Assembly (NCBI GenBank): GCA_045531935.1
Contig: JAZSEX010000033.1
Coordinates: 16,294 to 80,293 of the forward strand
Reading direction: 5' to 3'
DNA from: Acutalibacteraceae bacterium
GTDB taxonomy: Bacteria; Bacillota; Clostridia; Oscillospirales; Acutalibacteraceae
Length of the DNA stretch: 64,000 bases
Made by a program: the position numbers and the translations under genes. This document shows, piece by piece, positions 19,147 to 27,091 of the stretch (position 1 is its first letter; every line of letters starts with the position of its first letter). The notes beneath the pieces are model-generated. The model was not told where the DNA came from. It saw nothing but the letters and a program-made list of their open reading frames with translations, and did not search any database.

Positions 19147-19175
19147 ACTATACCAAGTTTTTGGCTCTGTGTCAA
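19147..19175 (-). promoter_or_regulatory. sigma-A-type promoter for the giant gene
   Basis: Minus strand: TTGACA (19170-19175), 17 nt spacer, TATAGT (19147-19152). Confidence 0.5.
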
Positions 19176-19651
19176 CATTTTCGGGCATATTTTCACCCTG
19201 GTTTTTCCAACTTTGTGCACCCTGCCCAAACTCTCAGCTTCTCTATGTAACCTATGCACAAATCACGCCCTCAAATTATCGTCTGAAAATGCCTTGAAAA
19301 CAGTCGGAAAACCCACGTAAAACCATTCTTTTTCCGCCTTTTTATTCCGTCGTCAACCGACAAAAATCCCGACTTATTTCCCCTGTTTTTATGCCGAAAA
19401 TCCACCTTTTTTATCCTTCCTTTTTTCTTTTTCTCCACAAAAATCGTCTTGTTACAAATCCCTTTTCAGCTTGTTTTTCACCCCTGAAAACCACCAAAAA
19501 ACTTGCCTTTTTCTCTGTTTTTATTCCTCAAAATACTGTAAAAAATTGCAGAGTTTACAAAAAATTTACAATTTAATTCCGATAAAAAAGATTAACACCG
19601 CGTCAGAATTCTGTTTCGGAATAATGTAATAATGATTATTTAAAATATTTG

Positions 19652-19680
19652 TTTACATTTTTCTTAAAATAATGTATAAT
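19652..19680 (+). promoter_or_regulatory. sigma-A-type promoter for the dCMP deaminase operon
   Basis: TTTACA (19652-19657), 17 nt spacer, TATAAT (19675-19680), about 38 nt upstream of the ATG. Confidence 0.55.
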
Positions 19681-19717
19681 ATTTTTCAGAATTTAACCCA
19701 AAAACGGAGGTTTTAAT

Positions 19718-20215
19718 ATGCCGAAACGTCAGGATTATATTTCTTGGGACGAATATTTTATGGGTATCGCAATGCTCTCCGCAAAGCGAAGCAAGGACCC
19801 TAACACACAGGTCGGTGCCTGCATTGTAAATCAGAACAACAAAATTATGTCCGTCGGCTACAACGGTTTCCCTCTCGGCTGCAGTGACGAGGATTTCCCC
19901 TGGGAACGTTCAGGCGACAATTACGACACAAAATATCCCTACGTCTGTCACGCTGAGCTTAACGCAATCCTCAACAACGCAGGCGGCAACCTCAACGGTT
20001 GCAAAATTTACGTTGCCCTCTTCCCCTGCAACGAATGTGCAAAGGCTATCATCCAATGCGGTATCAGCGAGGTTATATACCTCTCCGACAAATATGCCGA
20101 TACCTGGGGCACACGTGCCTCCAAGCGTATGCTTACAGCCGCAGGTGTCAAGCTTACTAAAATTAAGCTCGACCACGACGACGTAACAATCAACTTTAAG
20201 GAAGAACTTGTCTGA
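19718..20215 (+). CDS. comEB: deoxycytidylate (dCMP) deaminase
   Basis: Zinc-deaminase motifs HAELNA and PCNECAKAI over 165 aa. RBS GGAGG is 7 nt upstream. Confidence 0.85.
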   Translation: MPKRQDYISWDEYFMGIAMLSAKRSKDPNTQVGACIVNQNNKIMSVGYNGFPLGCSDEDFPWERSGDNYDTKYPYVCHAELNAILNNAGGNLNGCKIYVALFPCNECAKAIIQCGISEVIYLSDKYADTWGTRASKRMLTAAGVKLTKIKLDHDDVTINFKEELV

Positions 20216-20766
20216 TGCTCGAAAAAAGCAACCACAAATACAATAAACAGGTTGGTGAGCCGTATAATATTGTCAACGGTCATACCCGCCACAAATCTGC
20301 TCATATGCGCTTCGGTCTTCGCAGCTTCGCACAGGTAGGCAGCGGAATTATTGCCGTCTATAATCTTATGATTCTGCTCAACCGTGCCGTACCGCTTGCC
20401 GATGCCGCCCGAGAAATCTATATCAAAGCAGCAACGCCGCTCGGTCTTTTCGGTGTTCATCCGCTCAGAATTTTCCGCTACTTTTCTTCGCACTATCTGC
20501 CCGTAAATCTCGACAGAAATTTCCGCACCTTCTGCGATAAATTCGAGCCGGGCTTTTGCGGAATTGTTTTCTGCTGGACGGGCAAGAAATTCTTTTCACC
20601 CATTCACGCCTTCGCAGTTGAAAACTTCAACGGCAAAATTTACATCTACAACCGCATTTCAAATTCGCCCAGACGTTACGAATACCACAACGTCTCCGCT
20701 ATAGCCGATTCAAAGAGTTTTATTGTCGGCTACTACATAAACCGTGACGAATTTGACTCATTCTGA
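20215..20766 (+). CDS. hypothetical protein (183 aa), translationally coupled to dCMP deaminase
   Basis: The start overlaps the comEB stop (TGATG). No motif was recognised. Confidence 0.55.
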   Translation: MLEKSNHKYNKQVGEPYNIVNGHTRHKSAHMRFGLRSFAQVGSGIIAVYNLMILLNRAVPLADAAREIYIKAATPLGLFGVHPLRIFRYFSSHYLPVNLDRNFRTFCDKFEPGFCGIVFCWTGKKFFSPIHAFAVENFNGKIYIYNRISNSPRRYEYHNVSAIADSKSFIVGYYINRDEFDSF

Positions 20767-20790
20767 ACAGCAAAAATCAATATTTACAAT

Positions 20791-20830
20791 AAAAACCGAT
20801 GAAAATTCGCAAGAATTCTCATCGGTTTTT
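20791..20830. terminator. bidirectional rho-independent terminator between convergent genes
   Basis: AAAAACCGATGA ... TCATCGGTTTTT forms a stem flanked by an A-run and a T-run. Confidence 0.7.
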
Positions 20831-20852
20831 GATTTTTTACTTGTCTTTTATT

Positions 20853-23474
20853 TTACTGGTTTTCTTGGCTTTTTTGATATTTTTCAATATTTTCGGTCAA
20901 AGGCAGAGAAATTTTTGCCGTAAACATATCTCCGTCGATATAAATTTCAAATTTTCCGCCCTGAAGTGCACAAAGATCACGTGCAATCGACAACCCAAGT
21001 CCACTGCCTTCACCGCTTCTTGAAAAATCTCCTCGGACAAAACGCTCCATGAGCTGGTCGGTTGAAACGTTAAGCGGCTCACGTGAAATATTTTTGAAGG
21101 TTGCGATTCCGTAGCCGTCCTGAACACCGACCATAACGTAAGCTACGGTATCTTCAAGAGCATATTTTGCTATATTGGAAATAACGTTTTCAAATACTCT
21201 GTATGTTTTCTGACCGTCGGCACGCACAATCGGAGCACCGTTGACGGGTGTAAAACGCACGTCAATTTTACTTTGCTCAAGTCTGTCGGTATTTTCACCG
21301 ACCGCCTGCATTGCAAGCTCGTGAAGATTCACATCGACAATCTGAAGTTCAACCGCACCTGTTGAAGCTTTTGTCGCTTCTGTCAGGTCTTCTATAAGTC
21401 TTTTAAGACGCTGTGATTTATCGGCGAGCACGTCAACGTAGCTACGCACGGTTTCATCCTCAATATTACTTCGCTTTATAAGGTCGGTATAAGTAATTAT
21501 AGAAGTCAACGGAGTTTTAAGATCGTGAGAAACATTTGTAATAAGCTCGGTTTTTGTACGCTGGTCACGGATTCCCGCTTCTATAGCCTGCTTCATACCT
21601 TCACGCATATCCTCAATTTCGTGAGCAAGACGGGTCATAGGTGCAGGCATATTTGCACAGTCGAACTCAACGTCAAAATTGCCCTGCTGTGCCTGGGAAA
21701 CGGTATCCCTGATTTTATCGAGAGACCTGGCATAAAAATAAATCGCAACAAGCATTACCGCATTGACAATAAGCAAGCCGATTATGCCGAAAAACACAAG
21801 ATAATCGCCCAGCATAACCATAACAACACACACGGCAACCGCCACAAGGTAAAACAGAAGGAAAAACCTGAAATATCTGCGTACTCCGTCCTTTAGCTGT
21901 GTACTGTTGCGGCTGATGCGTCGGTAAACCTTTGCAATAAGCTTGAAAGGCAGACGCACAATCAGATTATCAAACAAGGTGTTGTTAAGTCTGCGGCGGT
22001 TGATTGAAGCAACCATATTAAGTAACGATGCACTGCCGACCAAAGCAAGCACAACACATAGCGGAGCTATAAGCACACTCCATCCGTCATTACGCAAATG
22101 GTTCATATAAAGAGCAAGCCATACGGCAAGCACAAAAGCACCGACAAAAACTCCTGCTGAAACTATAAAATGAAGCTCACCCGGTATTTTATCCTGCAGC
22201 CTTAGTGCTGCAGGTGAGCCTTTATTTTCTTTACCGCTTATAAAACAGAAAACGATAAAGAAAACAAGAAACAGAACCAGAGAAACAAGACAAACCGTCA
22301 TACTGCGCTCGAGCATACCGACAGATGCTGTATAATCCTCATACACACGCACAAACGGGTCAGCGGAATCAGCACGTGAATAATCAAAGCTGAGATAAAC
22401 CGTAAACGGATCGGTTTCAATAAGGTCGGTCTGACCTATGACGTATTTATATGACGGCAACTCCATATAACGGAAATAGCCGTAACGTATAAGGGTGAAA
22501 AAGTGATAAATATATGCTGTCGGGCTGAGAATTATGCCATCCTTAGTCTGCACAATGTCGTTTGAATCCGCACCGTAGTATCCGAAAAAGAGGTCGTCAC
22601 CCGAAACAGTGCTTCGGCTTAAGTTTTCAAAAACACTGCCTGCCGTAACCGTACCGAAATTATCGGAAGACGATACAAACCACGTATCTTCACTGTATGC
22701 TTTTGAAAACTCCGATGCTGTAGCAAATCTGCTGTTTGTAAAAGTTTCACCGGTGGCATTGTTCACCACAAAATATTCAAGTGATTTCAGCTGAGAAAGA
22801 TAGGAATTGATATGCTTATACTCATTCTCATACCGCCCGGTATCCCAACCTGACCTCTCCTCGGCATCCTTCTGAGCCATATTCTTAATATACGTTTCAT
22901 CAACACTTACCGTACCGTCGTCATTGATAATATAAGCCTCATCATTTCTGAAATACTGAACGTCATATTCACTGTAATAATAACCGCTTTCGTCGTAGTA
23001 ATAGTCTTCAGACTCTGTTTTAAGTTCAGCGGCAAGATATTTATTGTATTCATCTGCCTTTTCACGGCAGCCTCTGACATAGTCTGCAAACAATTCATCC
23101 GCAAGCTGACGGCGCTTTTCATTCAGAAGGTTTTCCATATTATCCTTCTCAAAAATCTTGCCGTTATGATAGGTGACGATATTACGTTTTATCGCATAAT
23201 AAGAAAATCCGACTTCCGCAAGGAAATCGGACGAAATCCTCGGGTCATAGAGTGTGCTTTTCGGGTCGGAGCTGAAATTATCAAGCCCGTAAAAATAACC
23301 TGCACGCACTGCAAAATCTGCAATACTGAGTGCCGACACGACCGATGTGCCAACACACAGCAGGCACAGAAAAACACATATTACCTTCAGAACTGTTAGT
23401 TTATATTTTTTCGATTTTGTAGCCAATGCCCCACACCACCTTAAGATACTTCGGATTTTTCGGGTCGATTTCAA
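20853..23474 (-). CDS. sensor histidine kinase with a large extracytoplasmic domain
   Basis: H-box ELITNVSHDLKTPLTSI, G-boxes GEGSGLGLSIA, several TM segments and a HAMP-like linker. The ATG start overlaps the regulator gene by 74 nt. An in-frame TTG about 25 nt inside the overlap is an alternative start. Confidence 0.85.
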   Translation of the reverse strand: MKSTRKIRSILRWCGALATKSKKYKLTVLKVICVFLCLLCVGTSVVSALSIADFAVRAGYFYGLDNFSSDPKSTLYDPRISSDFLAEVGFSYYAIKRNIVTYHNGKIFEKDNMENLLNEKRRQLADELFADYVRGCREKADEYNKYLAAELKTESEDYYYDESGYYYSEYDVQYFRNDEAYIINDDGTVSVDETYIKNMAQKDAEERSGWDTGRYENEYKHINSYLSQLKSLEYFVVNNATGETFTNSRFATASEFSKAYSEDTWFVSSSDNFGTVTAGSVFENLSRSTVSGDDLFFGYYGADSNDIVQTKDGIILSPTAYIYHFFTLIRYGYFRYMELPSYKYVIGQTDLIETDPFTVYLSFDYSRADSADPFVRVYEDYTASVGMLERSMTVCLVSLVLFLVFFIVFCFISGKENKGSPAALRLQDKIPGELHFIVSAGVFVGAFVLAVWLALYMNHLRNDGWSVLIAPLCVVLALVGSASLLNMVASINRRRLNNTLFDNLIVRLPFKLIAKVYRRISRNSTQLKDGVRRYFRFFLLFYLVAVAVCVVMVMLGDYLVFFGIIGLLIVNAVMLVAIYFYARSLDKIRDTVSQAQQGNFDVEFDCANMPAPMTRLAHEIEDMREGMKQAIEAGIRDQRTKTELITNVSHDLKTPLTSIITYTDLIKRSNIEDETVRSYVDVLADKSQRLKRLIEDLTEATKASTGAVELQIVDVNLHELAMQAVGENTDRLEQSKIDVRFTPVNGAPIVRADGQKTYRVFENVISNIAKYALEDTVAYVMVGVQDGYGIATFKNISREPLNVSTDQLMERFVRGDFSRSGEGSGLGLSIARDLCALQGGKFEIYIDGDMFTAKISLPLTENIEKYQKSQENQ

Positions 23475-24090
23475 TTTTTTCCCTTATCCTGCGTATATGG
23501 ACGGTAACCGTTTTATCCGTAGAGAAGGACGGCTCGTTCCATACTGCCTCATAAATCTGTGTTGTGGAAAGCACTTTGCCGAGATTTATCATAAGATATT
23601 CAATTATTCCGTATTCGGTAGCCGTAAGCTTAACGGGCATACCGTCGAGCTCAACGGTATGGGCAGACGTATCAATAACAAGACCGCCCGTAGCAATACA
23701 GCTGTCTGCAACGGCACTGCCGCCGAGAGTTGTATAACGCCGTATCTGTGACTTTACCCTCGCAACAAGCTCAAGCGGATTGAAAGGCTTTGTGACATAG
23801 TCATCCGCGCCGAAGCCCAGACCCGTAATTTTATCGGTATCCTCACTTTTGGCAGAGAGCATAATTATAGGCACGTTACTCTTTTCCCTGAGCTTGAGAG
23901 TAGCGCGAAGACCATCCATTTCAGGCATCATAATATCGAGAATAATACAGTCAAGCTCCTCTGACTGAGCAATCTCAACAGCCTGCTTACCGTTGAAAGC
24001 TTTGAACACATCAAAGCCTTCGAGCTTAAGATAGATTTCTATTGAATTTACTATTGCAACGTCATCGTCGCAAACAAGAACTCTGTTCAA
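23401..24090 (-). CDS. OmpR-family response regulator
   Basis: Receiver motifs (VLVCDDD, ILDIMMPEMDG, SAKSE) plus a winged-helix C-terminus (VHIRRIREKIE ... IGYKI). TTG start with AGGAGG 10 nt upstream. Confidence 0.9.
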   Translation of the reverse strand: MNRVLVCDDDVAIVNSIEIYLKLEGFDVFKAFNGKQAVEIAQSEELDCIILDIMMPEMDGLRATLKLREKSNVPIIMLSAKSEDTDKITGLGFGADDYVTKPFNPLELVARVKSQIRRYTTLGGSAVADSCIATGGLVIDTSAHTVELDGMPVKLTATEYGIIEYLMINLGKVLSTTQIYEAVWNEPSFSTDKTVTVHIRRIREKIEIDPKNPKYLKVVWGIGYKIEKI

Positions 24091-24175
24091 TTAAGCTCAT
24101 CCTCCTTTCACAAAACTGTGCTTACCACAAGCACAATGCTACAACTGAAGGATTACAAAATCCGATACAAATTTA

Positions 24176-25300
24176 TTAAGAATTTTCAACAATTTTTCCG
24201 TAGAGTCTGAGTGCAAAAGCCTGTGCGGCAGGCATAGGCTCAAAGCGTCTTGAATAGTTGCCGATGCTCATTGTATCGCCCTGGGCAAAATCGACCTCAC
24301 CGTTGATTCTTGTTACACTCATAAGGTAATCAAGGCAACGCTCACTCTCCGCAACGTAACCCATACGGTGAAGCAAGCCACCAATCATTGCGGTTGCCGA
24401 AGACTCCTGACGAGAGAAATGCACACCAATTATAGCATTAAAACTGCCGTTTTCATTCTGAAAAGGCAAGAGAGATTCACAGAGTGCGGTTGCACGCTCC
24501 GTTAGTACGCTGTAATATTCATCGGTTTCATCGAGCAGACTGAGACATTCGTCAAGTGCAAGAGCAAGCCAGCCGCAACCCCTGCCCCAGCCGTAAATAC
24601 CGAGCGGCATTTTATTATCGGGACGGAAACAGTGAACGGGCAAGCCTGTCCTTTCATTTATGCCGTAAGAATAAAATTCATCAAACTGCCTTTTGGCAAG
24701 CTCAAAAGCTTCGGGGCAGCCGTAAATCTGATGATACTTAATTAAAAACGGGCAGACCATACCGAGCACATCGACATATCGCTCATCCTGATCAGGATTG
24801 TACGGCAAAGTGCTGTCGCCTGCTACAGCGATTGCTTTTGCCAGATAATCTTTTGCAGCGGTAATAACTTTTTCATCTTTTTCAAATCCGCACTTCAGCA
24901 ACTCATAAAGCAGCATTGCTGTTCCCGGAGTATATTCACAGCTTGTAAGATTACTTTTGACAAAAAAACAGTAAGCGGCATCTCGTGCTTCACAGTTTTC
25001 AGAAGTTCCGGAAAGGAGCGAAGCAACCTGCCAGACAGAAAATTTCTTATTAAAATACTCACCTTTTATCTTCGGCAGCAAGGTGTATGAAGTCCTGTCC
25101 GTAATAGAGATCGGAGGCAATTTTTTTATTTGTTTTACTGCAATTTTTTCTGCATTTTTATACCATGCTTTTTTGTCAGTATATCTGCCGATGTGGATAC
25201 GTTTTATCCAAGCCATTATCATCGGTATAAAATCCACCGCAAAAACGGTGAGACAAAGTAACAGCATAATGCTGACAAAAATAAACAAAAAAATCATCAT
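24176..25300 (-). CDS. membrane-anchored glycoside hydrolase family 88/105-like protein (unsaturated glycuronyl/rhamnogalacturonyl hydrolase fold)
   Basis: N-terminal TM segment, then DVLGMVCPFL, the GWGRGCGWLALAL motif (W-x-R-G-x-G-W) and QESSATAM. The start overlaps the upstream GT4 stop (TAATG). Confidence 0.65.
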   Translation of the reverse strand: MMIFLFIFVSIMLLLCLTVFAVDFIPMIMAWIKRIHIGRYTDKKAWYKNAEKIAVKQIKKLPPISITDRTSYTLLPKIKGEYFNKKFSVWQVASLLSGTSENCEARDAAYCFFVKSNLTSCEYTPGTAMLLYELLKCGFEKDEKVITAAKDYLAKAIAVAGDSTLPYNPDQDERYVDVLGMVCPFLIKYHQIYGCPEAFELAKRQFDEFYSYGINERTGLPVHCFRPDNKMPLGIYGWGRGCGWLALALDECLSLLDETDEYYSVLTERATALCESLLPFQNENGSFNAIIGVHFSRQESSATAMIGGLLHRMGYVAESERCLDYLMSVTRINGEVDFAQGDTMSIGNYSRRFEPMPAAQAFALRLYGKIVENS

Positions 25301-26499
25301 TATTTTTCACCTAAAAGTGCATAAAATTTCTGAATTTCTTCTTCGTTTCCGTGTTTCATTTTTTTCAGGTTTTCACTGAGTGTTTCAGCAAGATTTTCAT
25401 CATCAATAAGCAGCGCAATTTTTTCTGCAATACTTTCGGCATTTATCTCGGCAAGCACTGCTGTTTCACCGTCGGCAAGTTGATCGTAAACGGTTGTGAA
25501 TTTAGTTGCGACAATAGGCTTTGCGAGACATTTAGCTTCATCTATGGCAATCGATTTCCCTTCAAAATACGAGGGTTGTACGTATATATCGCAGTTTGCA
25601 AGGTAAGGATACGGGTTTGCTTTTTCACCGAGAAAGATAAAAGTTTCTTCAAGATTTTTTTCTTTTACTTTCTGTTCAAGCTCATTTTTAAGCTCGCCTT
25701 TTCCGATAGAAAACCACTTGAAATTATAGCCTTTTTTTACTAAAATTTCTGCCGCATCTATTGCCATATCGTAGCCCTTTTGCTGAAAGAATCTGCCTAT
25801 TGTAAGCAGAAATCTTTCATCGGATTTTTTATCAAAATCGGCAACATTTTCTTCAGCCATTTTCTGAAGAATTTTTGGTACTGTTACGTTCTCAATCATA
25901 CGGACTTTTTCGGAGTACTGCGGAAAGATTTCGTGAAGAGCTTTTTCACACTCTTCGGAAACAGTAACGATATAATCAACTTTTCCGAAGAATTCACTGT
26001 CAATTTCCGCATCCATTTTAAGCTTGCGGTAATCGTTGTGAACATAGGCAATTTTTGTTTTTGCATGGGCACAATCGGCAACGTAAAAATTCGGTTTACC
26101 CTCAAGGTAACCTATTGCCGCATCATACTCTTTTCCGTTATCCGAAAAAAAGCTTTTCATATGCTTCCACGCAAGCTGATCACGGACAAGAGACGAGCTG
26201 ACAGAGGAATTTACCGTACGTGAATACAATGCTCTTTTAACCGCAAGCAGGGGTTTAAAGCCGAGCATAAGAGAGATCACGCTTTTCGTCATCGGCTTTC
26301 TGAATTTATCATAAAGCTCACCGAAGGAAATTATATTAACCTGCTCGGGCACCTGCTCAAGGAACATACCCGAACAGTCAAAAAGCACAAGATCAACGTC
26401 ATATTTTTCGTAATCAACAAGTTGAAGCAATGACAGCAGACTGCGTTCGCCGCCGCCGCTTTTCATAGACTCCATTACAAACAACAGACTTTTTTTCAT
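25300..26499 (-). CDS. glycosyltransferase family 4 (GT-B), paralog 1
   Basis: N-terminus SGGGERSLLSLL and C-terminal motif block NPYPYL ... QPSYFEGKSIAIDEAK ... DQLADGETA. Collinear with the ORFs at 31697 and 35075. Confidence 0.85.
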   Translation of the reverse strand: MKKSLLFVMESMKSGGGERSLLSLLQLVDYEKYDVDLVLFDCSGMFLEQVPEQVNIISFGELYDKFRKPMTKSVISLMLGFKPLLAVKRALYSRTVNSSVSSSLVRDQLAWKHMKSFFSDNGKEYDAAIGYLEGKPNFYVADCAHAKTKIAYVHNDYRKLKMDAEIDSEFFGKVDYIVTVSEECEKALHEIFPQYSEKVRMIENVTVPKILQKMAEENVADFDKKSDERFLLTIGRFFQQKGYDMAIDAAEILVKKGYNFKWFSIGKGELKNELEQKVKEKNLEETFIFLGEKANPYPYLANCDIYVQPSYFEGKSIAIDEAKCLAKPIVATKFTTVYDQLADGETAVLAEINAESIAEKIALLIDDENLAETLSENLKKMKHGNEEEIQKFYALLGEK

Positions 26500-26579
26500 C
26501 GATTATCATCACATCCGAAAAATCAGCTTAATTGTATTACTGAGACTATAACACAAAATATAATTTTTTTCAACAAAGC

Positions 26580-26612
26580 AAAAAATGCGGTATGCACCGT
26601 GGCACACCGCAT
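26580..26612 (-). terminator. rho-independent terminator
   Basis: Minus strand: ATGCGGTGTGC-CACGGT-GCATACCGCAT followed by TTTTT. The single non-Watson-Crick position is G-U only on the minus strand. Confidence 0.7.
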
Positions 26613-26624
26613 CTGAAGCCGTGA

Positions 26625-26930
26625 TTATACTCTGTGGCCGTTCTTGAGCTTGATTTTGCCGATGAACGGAATTTTGAGGATACCTGTAAAAGAATCATCG
26701 TCAAAATCGATATCGAGCTCTGCATCTTTACCAAGCATTGCAATATTGATTACTGCCTTAAGGTGGTCATCGCCAATATCGACAGACTTGACTGTATACT
26801 CGGGAATATCGACACCGGAAATATCGAGCTCAAAACCGTAAGAGCCGTCTTTCTCAAAAATATCTACTGTAGCCTCACCACGGAAAAGCATAGAATCTAC
26901 CGTGCAAGCCCATTTACCTGTAGGATTCAT
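26625..26930 (-). CDS. small hypothetical protein (101 aa)
   Basis: An ORF with its own terminator and an acidic, beta-strand-like composition. No motif was recognised. Confidence 0.5.
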   Translation of the reverse strand: MNPTGKWACTVDSMLFRGEATVDIFEKDGSYGFELDISGVDIPEYTVKSVDIGDDHLKAVINIAMLGKDAELDIDFDDDSFTGILKIPFIGKIKLKNGHRV

Positions 26931-27007
26931 TTTACTTCACTCCTTAATTAATTTCTTTTGTTTGATAATAGCATCTGTGCCGTATTTTGTCAACCGAGCA
27001 ATTTATA

Positions 27008-27036
27008 TTGACAATAATATTTTTAAGCTTTATAAT
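27008..27036 (+). promoter_or_regulatory. sigma-A-type promoter of the polysaccharide operon
   Basis: TTGACA (27008-27013), 17 nt spacer, TATAAT (27031-27036). A 7-bp inverted repeat TTGTCAA/TTGACAA overlaps the -35. Confidence 0.55.
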
Positions 27037-27091
27037 ATAATAAGTTTATAATAGCCAAGTTCCGACAAAAAACGAAAGGCGGCCAATAATT

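Noticed and set aside
19038-19576. Small ORFs (61-70 aa) in the giant-gene/comEB intergenic region.
   Set aside because: They lack Shine-Dalgarno sequences. Their translations mirror the G-poor composition (Phe/Ser/Pro/Leu runs), and they overlap one another in different frames.
20008-20493. 161-aa minus-strand ORF spanning the comEB/hypothetical junction.
   Set aside because: It lies antisense across two coupled plus-strand genes, one of which has unambiguous deaminase motifs.
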